The notes under the pieces are model-generated. The model had not been told where the DNA came from and searched no databases. It saw only the letters and a program-made list of their open reading frames with translations. The translations under genes were made by a program, and so were the position numbers. Shown piece by piece: positions 27,339-42,125 of a stretch of 64,000 nucleotides of DNA; the first letter of the stretch is position 1, and each line of letters starts with the position of its first letter. Source of the stretch: Eledone cirrhosa (lineage: Eukaryota); contig OZ024746.1 in assembly GCA_964016885.1 (NCBI GenBank), positions 13,206,001-13,270,000 of the forward strand, given 5' to 3'.

Positions 27339-30300
27339 CTGCATGGTAAGTAGAGAATAAATACTATGTCAATGTTAGCTCAACATGCGCACACACATTT
27401 CTACACACACATACATACACACAGAGTTTGGTTCAATTCAAGAAAGTAAATGGTACAAAGAATATTTTAAAATATCTTCTGAAAGTCTTCACAAATGGTA
27501 AATTCTTAATTACCGACCATTTATTCCAACAGGTTTTCTTTGCATTCTTAGATTTTAGACTTTTAAAATGCCAAGAAGCAACAGCATTAAAAAATAAAAC
27601 TACATAGACAAAACAATGTTTTTCAATATACAACCCAACAAAGAAGTCTCTTCCTGGTCACTCAACTGGCTAGGGTCCTGTATCTAGGGAAAAGATGTGA
27701 TGCCTTTGATCATAGGTCTGCTCAATCGGGGCTGACCTGAGGCTTAATTATAACAATGCTGTTCAATACAAAGAGATAACAGATCTAGTACTTCTACTAT
27801 AAAGACTTCTTACAAAGTTATTTAATTATATTAAAGAAAGAAATTGTGAAGTTTTACCAATTAATCTTTCACAATTAAAACAAGTCAATATGTTGAGTAA
27901 TTTGATTAGAAAAAATAAGAAAAAAATGTTTTCATCCAACAATATTAATGGAAAAAAAAGTTGAGGGCCATCACAATGTAATCACTATAGTAAAAAATAA
28001 AATAAAATAAAATTTAATATTAGTTCAATAAATTTAATAAAGTAATTTTGTAGCCTGATATCCATAGTAAGAATCTGTAATTAAATTGAAAACAAATTCA
28101 ATTCAAGTAATTAACAAATTAATTCACAGTCTAAAAAATAACAATTAGCTTATTTCCACTGTTTAAAAAAAAAACAATTAATAAATTCTAATACTAAAAA
28201 CGTAAATTTGTTTTAATATTCCTGAAAAACTATAAATTCCAAAATAATGTTGACTTTGGAAATTTATTTATCAAAATATTAAACCTTGTGTTTTGGAAAG
28301 TTGATATTTCACAAATCCAATACTGAAATACAAGACAGAAAGCAAGTTCAACCAAAGTTTGCAATTAAATATATAACTTTACTTTTGTAGAATGTATTAT
28401 AATAATTTAGGGCACAAATTACAGAGGGCAATTTCCCTTCTAAATAACTGGTACTTACTTTATGAATCCAGGATGAAAGAAAGTTCACCTCTGCAATATT
28501 TAAATTCAAGAGAGAAAGATAAGACTAAATGCTACATACTATTTTGATTAGCTCTCTACTATTTCTGCTACTATACTCTTTAAAATGTCTAAAATTGGTA
28601 TAATGTTTTAGAATTCTAACAAAAGAAAAATATGAAGAAAGTTCATATTTTTTCAACCCTTTCATTTTCATATTTCTAACAAAAGACACTGGCTAAGATT
28701 TATAAATAATCTTTTGAATAATCAAGAATTTGGAGGGATTTTGTAATATTAACAAAGGTTCTTACATAAAATTATGACAGAGAGCTTTTAGATAAATATA
28801 ACAGCTTAAGATAGTTTTGTACTGTAGAACCAGGAGTTTTGAACGGTTTAGTATCAAAAGGTTTAAGGTATGTGAAACAGTTATAACTAGGAACCCAACT
28901 TGATTTTCTCAGAATTTGCAACTACACTATGGTGTTCACCTCAACAATAATGATAATAATTACTACTACTATTATTATAACAAGGTGGATGCAATAAATA
29001 TATTCTAATGAGGACATTAAATTCAGTAAAGAAAAAGAAGTCTTTATTAGCCTAATACTACTTTTTCAACTCTAATTAATTAATGACTTAACAACATCTA
29101 AGATAATCTAGCTTGTAATTAAGCATTTTAATTAGATTGTTCTGGAAAAAGTCAGAGTTTGTTACTACTCACTGCAACATAAATTCCATACTGCAATGGC
29201 ATTTTATTCAACACACTACCAATTCTGCCATTTCACCACTGATGTGTATACAATATTGCAATTGATTCAAAAGATAAACATATTAAATATTTTGTGACAG
29301 TTCAGTGAGAGATGTTATGGGGAGTTACTACCTGTAATATTTACCTGAGTGGTCCGGGCACTTTTCTCTTCATTCCTATTCATACAAAAACCTTTGCTGT
29401 TTCCAAACATTTCTTCCTTACAAGAACACCTATAAGGTTTGTATATCTTTGAGAATGGTGAATGGACAATTATAAGTAAGGAAACATATCCTTTATTCTC
29501 TTTAAGGTACATTTTCAAAGTGAACTAAACCTTCAGAAAGTAATTTACTTTATAAAGTACAAAGCTACTGTTTTAATATACTCCATTTTATATCAAATGC
29601 ATAATTTTAAGTTAAAGCAGTCTCCTCTCAAACAAGAATGTGTCTTGGCTCTTTTTAAGATGAAATATATAAGAGGCCTCTTTTCTCTGGTTAAAATCCT
29701 TGAGATAGTTTTCCTACTAATATCTTAATACATACTAAAGGTTCCTAACAACATCATTTAGATAGGATACCAGTTCATTGGTGATTGGTATCTCTTCAAT
29801 TATTTTTTTAAATATTAGAAAAATATTAGACATGAGAAGACTTTATCCAAGAACTTTCCATTTTGATTACTGCAGACATCAGTTTAAATGTCTCATTGTT
29901 ATAAATTCCAGGCAGATGTATATTAGTTAAGAATCTGAAATATTAAATGAAGAAAAACATAGATCCTACATACAGTTTTATTTCTTATCAAGTAACCAAA
30001 TTAATCCTTCTAGCTCATCTTTTCATAGTTTATGGCTGGTGTTCTGTCAGCTATAATTTAAAATATATCTCTTTGTCAGATTTATGAGATTTGTTGAGAC
30101 TACAGCTGCTAAAGTTACACTGATGGAAGATTCTGGTACTGGATAATAACATTGAAACAAGGTTTTCACTGACACTTGTAAATTATGTTAAGTCATAATT
30201 ATCACAGAATTCAAAATGATTTGAGTAGATAAAGTGTCACTTTTACAGTTCTAGGATTACAATTTTGAATCTCACTATTTCAAAATGCAAGACAATTCTA

Positions 30301-33300
30301 CTTACCTTGGTTTATCTAGCTTCAGAATATGTAATAGTATCTTATCCAGAACATTTAAGAATATATACCAATGTCTTACAACAACAATTTTCTCTCATAA
30401 AATTTACAGCAAAAAATTAAAGTTAAGTACCAACTTTGTAGATTATGAAAGAATTTAATTTAACTAAAATGTCCAATGTACTGTCTATGTGTTATACTAA
30501 ACAGTAGTATCACTCAAAATATGATTCTGAATTATGTCTGATTTCATAACCCAACATTGATAATTTCATGGTCACAAATATGGCTGTTATATAATTAGAA
30601 TGTAAACAATTTGTATATATCTAATTTTCTCAGCCCCAAAATATCAATCCAATGCTGTTCATACACATTCATGTGAGAAGATTCAATCCTTTGATGGCAC
30701 TGAATACCATTAAATTACTTATAGTTTCCAACTAATCAGAAGGTTTATTGGATTATATTTACCCTCTTCTTACTCTTCTACTGCCAAGAAGATTGAGAAA
30801 AGTTTCATAATATATTAAGACTACCACACAACAACTATCGATAGAACTGCCGAGCTATATATTCTTTAATTATGGAATAAAGGTCATGAATAGTTGCAGC
30901 CTACTTTTCCTATTAGTAAACCAAATTACAAGCATAGTTAATTAAAGATGTTACTGCTGAGGCACATAATAGTTTTTATATATTAGAAAAAAAAAAGATT
31001 ACCATATTTACTCATGTATAAGTTGCATTGTTTTTTTTTTCCTATAAAATATGGTGCAAAAACTAGTATGCAACTTAACTACAAGACTTACAAAACCTCA
31101 ATTCAAATCAGGTATTGAGCCAAAAATGGTGTATCTAAATTGGAGGTATATGCGAGTGTATATGCTACATTTGTAGAGATTATCAAGTTTTAGTTTTAGA
31201 TTCATAAATCCAGATAATTAATCTGATATGAAGAATTAGCTTGACCATTCACTGACTTTAATAGAACAGGTTTTGTTGCTGGCATCAGCTGAAGTATAAA
31301 GATGAGTAGAACAGTAAAATATACTTTTTTTTATGTTTCAATGTTGGGCATTGCCAAAAAGAATTTTAAAAAAAAAGGGTGAATTCCCAAAGCTGATTCA
31401 AATTTCAATTTACAGTTTAGTGAAAAATTATCAGCCAAATATTCATCAAATGTATCACATTTTTAGACACAAAATGTTTATAAAAATCAGTAAAATAGTG
31501 ATGATACACACTATTTTCTAATAAAAAGATGTATACTTTCCTTTCTGAAAGGTATCAATTTTCATGTTTAAAACACCAAGAGCCTAGTTTCTAAGTGAAG
31601 ATTAAGTTGATGGTATAAAGCCACGAAATAAATTGAAAAATTATGGAATCAGAAAATGAATGTCTTTGCTCAGGGCTGCTTAACTTATAATTCTAGACAT
31701 TCCTAATATGTTCTTATACCCCCTTCCCCAAGCTACTGAAGTCATCATCATCATTACCAGTTCTAGTTAGATGCTAGTAACACTTCAAACAATGCTATGA
31801 CTTTATTTTTTTACATATGGCTATCCAGTAAAATATTTGTTTCTTCATCAGTGGATTCTTCACAGGAAACTTATCAAAAGCAATCACAGTAAATACCACT
31901 ACAAATTATAATTTAGGTTATTCAATACTGAATAAGAATTTAGGTTATTCAATACTGAATAAGAACCTAAACAAAAACACCAATCATTAACAATAAAGCT
32001 AATTATCATCATGCAGTAAAAGTTAGAGAAATAAGATTGGTAAAGCAGAAAACCAATTTCTTTGTGTTGTTATTTCAATGAAATTTAAAAAAAGTACTTT
32101 AAAACTGAGTGGAACAGCATCTTTGCTGTTTTCTACAATGAAAAACAGTGCAACAACAACAACAACAACAAAGTGTTGGTCAGATAATACAAGCAACCAC
32201 TAACCAGTGGTAATAGAAAAGTGGATTATTTCTTAAGGAACACATGATATACATTTAACACCAATTACAAAATGTGACTAAAATAACCCACAGGAGCAAA
32301 CTTTGTACAACAAAAATGTTAGTAGGTATAACAATTCCCATAGCAACATTTTGTTATTATCGACAACAAATCAAAAATCATTTGAAAATGTGAGAGTCCC
32401 AAACGCAGAAAATAACTGTAATAACAGTCAATCACTATAGATAATAGATGAAAAAATTGGGTAAATTACCCTTAGAGACACGGGTCACTTTATCCATATA
32501 AAGAACTAAAGACTAGACTTTTACTGAAGACAAGTTATGATGAAAGTTAAGTAGCTGCTCCAGTACCAGACTTACCATTGTACTTAGGTGTGCTTAATCA
32601 CAGGGCCCTGTTGGCCCATGTGGGCATCTTCCTTCCCCCACAAATGTTTTATGATGAATTTTTCAAATGTAAGGGGCTTCATAATTTAACTAGCACAGGG
32701 CCTCATTTGTCCTAAATCTGAGCTATTCAAATATAAATTTGTGATAATTAAAGACTTATATCATCAAAACAGATCATTGTTTATCAACCTGAGAAATACT
32801 GAACTGATAAATAAAATTGCATAGGATTGAGGTAACTCCAATACTAGAATGTAAAACTGTTAATAATTATTTCAGAGTAGTAGACCAGTGCTATCAATAA
32901 TGAGGGCAATAGAGTTGAATATATTTCCTTTTTGGAGCTGAGGATTGGTATGACATATATATCAGGATTACCAGATATATGAACAATCATACAAACTGGA
33001 AAATTTGCATTCTGATAAATTAATAGTTTGTATAAGAGAAACCCTATAGTTTAGGTTGAATACTGATACTTAGAAGTGATTAAAGATCATCATCATCATC
33101 ATCACCACTTAATGTCTATTTTCTGACTGTCACATGCTGAAGCAAGACTGGTCAGCTGACTAGGTCCTGCTTGTATACTTTGTTTTGGCTTGGTTTCTAT
33201 GGCTGGATACCTTTCCTAATGCCAACCACTTTACAGCATGTACTGGGAGCATAAAAATGATATCTTAATAATTTATTTCTAGGATATAATTACATAAATG

Positions 33301-33610
33301 TTCAGTATATATGTACAAACGACATAGGGGATTAAATACACGAGTAGCTTTAAAGAAATAATGATTTACAGGGACAAAGGTAGGTTAGGTAGGACCTAGA
33401 AACTTGTGATTGGAAAGCAAACTTATTGTAGCAACACGACTGAGGTATGAAATGCATTGAGAGAGAGAGAGAGAATATAAACACACGTGGTATATTATTG
33501 TGGTTGATTCACAACATAAATTCTATGGAATTTAGTAAGCAACACATATTCATATTTTTCACAGTTTTGTTCCATGAGCTAAGCAGTAGAGCAACTTTAA
33601 TAACACTATA

Positions 33611-33691
33611 TACAGGCTGCAGCAAAAATACCTCCCACATTTTAACAGTTGATCAGGTAACATATGGGAGGTTCTTCTACCGCACCCTGTA
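33611..33691. mobile_element. About 80-bp TA-flanked mini-MITE
   Basis: TACAGGCTGCAG..ACCTCCCA / TGGGAGGT..CCGCACCCTGTA imperfect inverted repeat. Confidence 0.6.
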
Positions 33692-33957
33692 TTATAAAGC
33701 AGTGTGTACCATACGTTCTGATTTCAATTAATATATTAATGAAATGTAATTTTTTTAATTTTTCAAAATTTTAATTGATTAAAATATTTACATGCTCAAT
33801 TAAACTTACTGTAAACTATTTGAAATTTTCTCAAGATAGATAAGCCTCAAATCTCTTCCAAACAAAAATCAGTCACAAAATTAATCGTCAGTTTAAAAAC
33901 AATAACCAAAACAATTTTAATAGAACACCATGCCTGAAGCATTAACTAAATACCTAC

Positions 33958-33987
33958 CAACAATAATTGGCGCCGAAAATCTGTCTT
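33958..33987 (-). CDS. 30-nt microexon (E)DRFSAPIIV
   Basis: ttttttcttactag|...|gtaggta, phase 1-1, open frame. Confidence 0.7.
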
Positions 33988-34697
33988 CTAGTAAGAAAAA
34001 AAAGATATCTATATATATATGCATAAAGGTGTCAGCTATTTTATATAAAGTATGAAATTACATTACTTAAATACATCTTTATAATTAAAACTTAAATGAA
34101 ATGTTCTTAATACTTATAATACTCATACACATCATTTTCTATTGCATGTTACAGTTCTGATATGGATTGTTTAGGAATTCTAGTTACGTAACTCCCGAGA
34201 GAGTCGTAGGGCACCACATTGACATATGGTGTTTCTAGGGTATTCTTTAAACCTAGCAGAGCCCATCTCCTCTCTAGGTCTGAATACAGCAGATTTCTTC
34301 CAAAGAAGGATAGAGAGAGTGAGAGAATGGAAGTGATAAATAAATATAGAGGAAGAATCGACCTCAGTACTAGACTGGTACTTTTTTTATTGACCTTGAA
34401 TGGATGAAAAGCATACAAAAATGCAACTAATCAGGAACTTTCAACACATGTCTACTCATCCTAGTTTCAAACTGATTCTAAAATAAGAACCAAATCACTA
34501 GCATACATTGCAGATACCAAAACTAGATCTAATTTATAATAGTCTGGAGTCTTAGGATGAAGACAGGCTCAAGTGAATAATTATAGTAATGTAAATACTT
34601 TACTCAACTTTTGACATTTGAACAAATAAAACTAAATTGTGTTATTTGTACATATTTTCAAACTGTCAACTATCCTTTTAAAAACACATTAATATAA

Positions 34698-34876
34698 TTG
34701 TTTCTACTTTAGGCACAAGGCCAGCAATTACCCAGTGCATTACTGGTACTTTATTTTATCGACCCCGTAAGGATGAAAGGCAAAGTCAACCTCGGCGGGA
34801 TTTGAACTCAGATCGTAAAGGGACGTAACTATGCTGGAAAGCATGGCGTCCGACCCTCTACCGATACTGCCAATCC
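34698..34876 (-). mobile_element. tRNA-derived SINE, young copy
   Basis: Near-identical to 25299-25440 and 50128-50298. The minus strand has a B-box-like GAGTTCAAATCCC. Confidence 0.85.
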
Positions 34877-36132
34877 AGTTTCTAATTTCAGCACAAGGCC
34901 AGCAATTTTTGTGAGAAGAGATCAGTCAATTAAATCAACCTCAGTACTTGACTAATACTTTATTTTATCAACACTGGAGGAAAGGCTAAGTTGATCTCAG
35001 AGAGATCTGAAATCAGAACATAAAGAGCCTGAACAAATACCACAAAGTATTTTATCCAATGCTCTAACAATTCTACCAGTTCAATATAATGGCAACAGTC
35101 TTATATTATTAAATAACATTCTATGTAAATATTTTCAAATGTTTTCACAGCAAAATTAAAAATAATAGTGATTGCAATATATTTATGTAAGAGATCAATA
35201 TATTACTGAAGATAGATCCTCTGTCAATTTTGAAGATGAAAGTTCAGCTCATCAAATTAATAGTTAATTGGCTGAATATTCCACAGACATGTGTAGCTTA
35301 GAAGCCAAATTAGTGTAACACAATATGTGCGAGGACTGGACTTCAGAATTATAGGTACAATCCATCCAATGGGCATCTACACAGTTTCTGTCTACCTAAT
35401 TTTACTCACAAGGCTTAGGTTGACCAGAGGATATGATAAAAATACCAGGCAGTTGGATCAAACCCTGGACCACATGATTGCGAAAGTGAATTCTTAACCC
35501 CACAGCCATGCCTGCCCCATATATTACTGGTATTTAGTTCATCAACCACAGCCAGACTTAATGTTAGAAAAGTGATTTACTAAATTAGATGTATTTAAAA
35601 ATATAACTCTTAAATATATATATATAGTAATTAATCATCTTGAGGAGATTTACTTCAAAATAACCAACAACAAAATAATAAACTAAACTAATTGTGTAGA
35701 CTTTAATAATTCTTTATAATCAAAGATGATTATTATTGATTCAATGTTTTGGCACCAAAATTACATTATCTTTAAATTACATTATATTCAAAATATTATA
35801 ATAAATATTTTATCAAAACCAATTGAAGAAAATAACAAAAATTATTAAAATAAATAAATGTGTTTCTTAATTATTCTCACTTGGAACAATTTATAATAGT
35901 TTTATATGAAACAGAATCAATGTTTAATTGAACAACATTGGAATCTTTGAAATACATGCAATATTTTCAGGCTGTTACATCTATGTTGAAATATTTATGT
36001 TTACAGTTATTGTTTGAGTAAGTTAAAATGAGATCTCTTATGAACTACAATTATAGGTTTTTAGGAAGCAAGGTTTCAATAAAAGCCCTTAACTCCTGAT
36101 AAAGTTGTATGGGTGCCATCCTGACATACAAC

Positions 36133-36445
36133 ATCATCATCATTTCATTTTACGTCCGCTTTTCCCTGCTTGCAAGGGTAGGACGGGAACTGATTCTGGC
36201 TTGATTTCTACAGCTGGATGCTCTTCCTAACACCAACCTCATTTACAGTGAGTGCTGGGTGCTTTTTTGCCATGGCACCTCCACGACCACTCTACAGTGG
36301 AATGATAGGGACCCCAGTCCCTATCATCTCATTTCTACAGCTGAGGAAACTGGAGCAATGTGAAATAAAGTGTCTTGCTCAAGGAAACAACACATCACCC
36401 GGTCTGAGAATTGAAATCACAACCTTTCGATTACAAGGCCAACAT
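36133..36445 (-). mobile_element. SINE (tRNA-like head, GAT tail)
   Basis: Reverse-complement match to 60091-60465. Confidence 0.8.
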
Positions 36446-36782
36446 GTATTGGGTATATTAAACCTGGTGGAGCCCATCCTTCTCCAGGTCAGAACACAGT
36501 CAATCTCTTCCAATACTTAACTGGTACTTTAGGTATGAACCCCAAAAGGATGAAAGGTAAAGTAAACCTCTGTAGGATTTTAATTCAAAGTGCAGTGAGT
36601 AGAAACAAATACTGAGGCATTTTTAATCTGCCACCCTAAAGACTCCATTTGCCACCATTGTAGCAAAGTTTAAAGAGATATTTAAGACATATTTTCATAT
36701 GAGTTAACTATGAAATGGTGGCAATCACTATGAGTATGATAATGAAATGATGAGAACTATGAGATAGCAGCTAGTTACCTAC

Positions 36783-36815
36783 CATCGATATCAGCATCAC
36801 TGATTACTTCTTCTG
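36783..36815 (-). CDS. 33-nt microexon, type B, (A)EEVISDADID
   Basis: tttctgttccag|CAG...|gtaggta. Paralog of the 39891, 42093, 43953 and 46200 exons. NAGNAG acceptor. Confidence 0.8.
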
Positions 36816-38620
36816 CTGGAACAGAAACATGACAGATTTCAGCAAGAATACAAAACAAACTACATTCCTTTTGTTTTTACTCTATCAATTACCACCAAAG
36901 ATGGATACTTTAAACACAACAAGTCTAATAATTTCTTCAATAAAAACTCTAGATACCTAAAAGAAAGTTTAAATAATTCTTTCTAACATTGGCACAAGGC
37001 CAGCAATTTCAGGAAAGGGAAAGTCAATTATATCAACCCCAGTACTTAACTGGTACTTTATTTTATCAACCCCAGAAGGATGAAAGGCAAAGTTCCTCTT
37101 GGTGGGATTTGAACTCAGAACGTAAAAAGGTGTAACTAAATACAACAAAGTTCAATGTTCTACTAATACCAAAAGATTAAATAATGAACGAAAGTATGGT
37201 ATATTTCTTATCTGGATATAATAAAATTATCAATTTAGTTACCCAAAGTTCATATTTGAAAGAGCAAACAAACACTAAAAAGATTAGGGCCTGCAGATGT
37301 TTTCAAAAGATTTCTTGAGGCTGAGAAAACTTGAGTAAAGAAATACATGGAAGAGTTAGAGAAAAAGAAGCAAGAAAGCCAAAAAGTTTCTTTTCCCCTA
37401 TTGTTGATTGATTTTCTGTAATAGGCATGTTGCACCAAAAATTAAGCCCCTATTTTAAGGAACATATGTTTATTGTTTTAGTAAGTAAAATGAAGACCTC
37501 TCGTTAGCTGAATGTTAATTTTAGCTAGTTGTATTTACAGGACTACTTGATCTGTTACTGTTATTGACCACTCTCTCAAAGTGCAATAAAATACATTGAA
37601 CCGACCTCTATTACATAGACAGAATTATAAAATAAGACTTCAACACCCTCTACTCCTACATATTTGAGGACAATACGTACAGCTTTTAGAAATCATATTT
37701 TGTATAGAACTCACAGGCTGTAAATTCAATGAAGACTTTGAAAGTCATCAAACCTGTTTGTATATTGAAAGTCAACTTGGACAGACATAGAATTCCCTAT
37801 TTCTTCTATATAAATTAGTTAAGAGTATAAAACTGAAACCTTGAGAAATATATGCAAAAGACTGATTGAGAAATAGGTCAGTGGAAAAATACATCTGTAC
37901 ATAAAGCAATCTGTTAAAATCTAAGTGTTGATAATGTTCTTAAAAATTTTGTTTCTGAATTTGTTTAGCAAGATTCTTTATCTGAAATCGTGTGTTGAAA
38001 CCGATATTGTTATACTTAGGGAGGGTCATGTTGCCAATAAGAAACACACGCACCAGTTGCTTTCACTTCAGTTTATTATATATTTATAAATTTACAAATT
38101 TATAAATTTCTGGTTGGTTGGTTGGTTCCACAACCAGATAGTTGTTTATATATAGTCATAGTCCTTTCGTCACACACTCTGTGACCTCTTCAGTGACTGG
38201 GGATTCCTTTCTTTGTTTCTGTGCCTCTCCTTTGTTCTGTCCTACGCCATTTTGTTTCTGTGTGTGTGTTGTGTGCTCAGTCTGCGCATGCGCCACATCC
38301 GGGTGTCTGTGTGTGTGTGTGTTCTTAAAAATATTCTGAATAAATGAGCAATTTGTTTATATACTGTTCCTATATTTATACAATCAGTTAATATACAAAT
38401 TAACTGAAATTATTATTATCATTTTATGTTTGCCTTCCCATGCTGACATGAGATGGCTCGTGACAGAAACCCACCCCTCTCAATACATTCTTACAGAGTG
38501 TACAGGGTGCATTTTCTCATAATACCAGCACTAGCTAAATTTTCATGTCCGTGAGATGACTGAAGAGTCCTCTCTACTCTTAACAGAGCTAATTAAGTTA
38601 AGTGAGAAAATAAGTCTATA

Positions 38621-38905
38621 TCATCATCATCATCATCATCACCGTTTTACGTCCGTTCTTCCATGCTAGCATGGGTTAGAGGGTTGTCCTGTTGTGGGTA
38701 GTGTCTGGTCGGCTGACCATGCGTTGCTCATACAGGAACTGATTTTGGCTTGATTTCTACAGCTGGATGCCCTTCCTAACACCAACTTCATTTACAGTGA
38801 GTGCTGGGTGCTTTTTCGTGGCGCCTACACGTCCACTTTACAGTGTGGGCTGGGTGCTTTTTTGCCGTGGCACCTCCACGGCCACCTTGCGGTGGGGGGC
38901 GTGGG
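38621..38905 (-). mobile_element. SINE with (CAT)n tail as read on the plus strand
   Basis: Matches 16960-17138 in reverse orientation. Confidence 0.8.
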
Positions 38906-39890
38906 GGCATATTGTCTATATGCTTCAGCTTGTACCCATATATATATATCATACACAACACTTGCTACACACTCACACACTAAATTCACAACTCTATCAA
39001 ATGTACTCATGTTTTTCCTCTAAGACATCATTTATATTTTTAAATTCTACCGGAAGTAAATTTACAAATACCATCAATATAGTCATATAGTTCTATTTAC
39101 CTTCAATTCTACATAACGATACCATCAAGATACAATAAAAGTTTTAAAAACTGTTATAAACTGCAATAACATATATACTAATTCTGAAGTACTGCAACGG
39201 AGACCCTCTCCTCCACTCCTTCACTACCACCACCACCACCAAATAACCTGGCTTTAGCAGCTGGAACTGTAACAATAACATTTGACAGACACCAACAGCT
39301 AAAGGCTAATTTATGTTTTATATTTCTATACAGCACCAAAACCAAAGGTTACCACTTCATTGCAAACAAGAGATTTATTGAGAAATAAATGTCAGCTGTA
39401 TGGTTTTATGTGCAGAGTTATAGCAAAACTGGGGAGAGGAGATAATTTGGTAAATCAATGAGATCAATATTGACAAAGGTCACTTTCCTATATGGAGTAA
39501 ATACAGCAATGTTGAGAACTATCATAGACGTTCTAAGTTAGGAAATTAAAGAAATTCCAGGTAACATTTTCACATAATTACATTAATAATACAAAACAAT
39601 TGAGATTTAACTTTTAACGCTCTCTACCACATGAGCAAGACTTTCTTGCAAAGTACAAAATATTACTACACTATGAGTGCATCACATGAAAAATTAAAGC
39701 CTTTACCTTAATACAACAAATTTTCACAACAATCTACCCATTAGTTAAGATAATATAAACATTTGAATTAACAAACAAGTTTTTAGATATTTTCTGTTAA
39801 ATTATTACAGGATGATAATAGCTTCCTACATTAAATAAAATGTATAATAATGAAGTGATGAGAACTATAAGATAGCAGCTAGTTACCTAC

Positions 39891-39923
39891 CATCGAAATC
39901 AATATCACTGATTACTTCTTCAA
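39891..39923 (-). CDS. 33-nt microexon, type B, (V)EEVISDIDFD
   Basis: tttttgttccag|...|gtaggta, phase 1-1. Confidence 0.8.
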
Positions 39924-40567
39924 CTGGAACAAAAACAAGAGGTATTTCAATAAGGATATGATAGAATATTACACATTTCTATAAAAGTTGATTAGTTTCA
40001 AACCACAGCAATATTTCTTGATTAATGTTGAACAAAGCAAGCCTTTAGCAACAATTTCTTATGATTTCATCAATACAACAGTAATAAACAGGATTTTATT
40101 GAGTTACCACTGAAGATATTTTCTTCAAGTATGCTCAATACCAGTTATGCAGATACACTGAGTTAAAATACAACTAAGTGTTTCATTGGGAGCTTACCCC
40201 ACACACACCCTAAATGTTCACATTTACAGAAAAAAATCAGTTAACTAAGAATTTATTCTCTCAAAAATGATGAATTCTTACAATTTTAGGCATATCACAG
40301 TTGACAAAAATAAATATTGATATTTCATTTTGAATGTTAATGAATAAACCAAACTTCAAATAACTAATATCCAAAATTAACTATTTATGAAAAACTACAA
40401 CAGAACAGATTATGAAGATATTTAAATGTAGAACTTCCCATTTAAAATGTTATGGAGAAGACAAGATTTTCTTTTATAACAAAACCTTAACAAATTAAAT
40501 AACTATATGTAATAAAAAACACAGAGAAATGTTAAAACATCATGCAAATCAGCCATAAGGTACCTAC

Positions 40568-40594
40568 CCACTCCAACTGGGGGTGGTAAGTCTT
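40568..40594 (-). CDS. 27-nt microexon, type A, (E)DLPPPVGV
   Basis: taatag|...|gtaggta, phase 1-1, UGCAUG at +22. Confidence 0.78.
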
Positions 40595-42092
40595 CTATTA
40601 ATGTAAAACAAAAATACAGTAAATAACAGTGATATTTTAAAGAATGTATAATACATATTATGTTAACATTTTGATATTGAAAGAAGCACAAGACGTATTT
40701 GAGTATCTAAGTAGACAAAGTATTTGTGTCTAAACAAAACTGTACATTACAGAAAGTTATGATTGCTTATTGCAATCATAAAACTATTTACAATTTGACC
40801 TCAATTATCCAAATGGTGGGAAGTGTTTTGTTCAAATAACTAATATCATTGCAATCAAAGAGAGCCATACTGAACACAGGATTGTTTTATGAGTTCTCTA
40901 ATGTTGTACACCTGTGCAAACTTTTGTACCTTTTCATCACGATCCAGATGCTGTAAAATCTCGTATTTCTCATCAATTGTTAATTGTGTTTACTTTCTGT
41001 TCTGAGATATGGTAACAGCAACAATTAACAGATATATACTCTGAACAAGTCATAGACTTAATTAAGGCACCAATGTCTTTGTCATACCTTTAAATCCTTC
41101 AACAAATTAGAGGCTTTTATGAGATAAAAATATTTTAACAGTTTAACACTTCAGGATTTAAACCGGCCAGAAATCTCTCACCTCTTTCTGTTCAAACCAG
41201 TTAAGGTATTGTTCTCAAAATAAATAATATCAAAATCTCATAGATTTGATACCATACGAGATAATTATGGAAGGTAAAGCCTTTACTGTGCAAATATAAA
41301 AGTAAATATAGAGTAATGTAAATGATAAAAAGTTAAATTGACTAAGATTAAAGTAGTAGACTGACCAAGCCATGATATTGTATACAAAAGATGCAATCAT
41401 TCCACCAATGTTGGTAACACATCTTTAATGTTATACTTTCACATATTCTTTAGTACAAATTCACTTTCAATCCTTGTATACAGAATATAAAATGATAAAA
41501 CCAGTATTATCCTCTAGGTCAGTATGGTTAATCAAATATTCATGGGACTTTGAGATCTGATCCAGATAATTGATGTTTGGATAACTGAGGTTTGATTGTA
41601 ATCAAGTTTTGAGAGATCTGATCCTTTATCAGAAGTTAAATTTAAACAAAAGTAGAAATAACAGACAAATGTTTAGTAACAATAGTGTTCCAACAAAAGC
41701 GTAACACTTCCATTTCTAAAGAGATTTATAATGTTCTCATGCTGTGCTGTGCACCCTTAACTCCTAGTGGAGTCGAAGGGACACTGTTGTGACATACAAC
41801 ACATCTTTGGTACTTTTAAACCTGGCAGAGCCCATCCCTCTCTGGGTCTGACTGAACACAGCTGATTTCTTCCAGAAAAGAGTGGAGAGAGAAAGAAAGA
41901 GATATGGAAGAAGAAGAATCAACCCTAGTATTGAACTGGTACTTTATCAACCTTGTAAGGTTCAAAGGCAAAGTTGACCTTGGCAAAATAATTATACTAT
42001 TCAGCTTATACAATGTCATCAGAGATACCAAATAATTAAGTTATGAATGAAATGTTCTAGATTGAGATAATGAGGATTATCTAGTTACCTAC

Positions 42093-42125
42093 CATCAATA
42101 TCAATATCACTGATCATTTCCTCAA
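42093..42125 (-). CDS. 33-nt microexon, type B, (V)EEMISDIDID
   Basis: tttctgttccag|...|gtaggta, phase 1-1. Confidence 0.8.

Noticed and set aside
29345-29375. 31-nt AG/GT segment encoding NEEKSARTTQ
   Set aside because: Not a multiple of 3, wrong phase and weak acceptor. At most a possible non-coding alternative exon.
30306-30315. Strong minus-strand donor AAG|gtaagt
   Set aside because: Nearest acceptors give 10 or 14 nt and have no pyrimidine tract.
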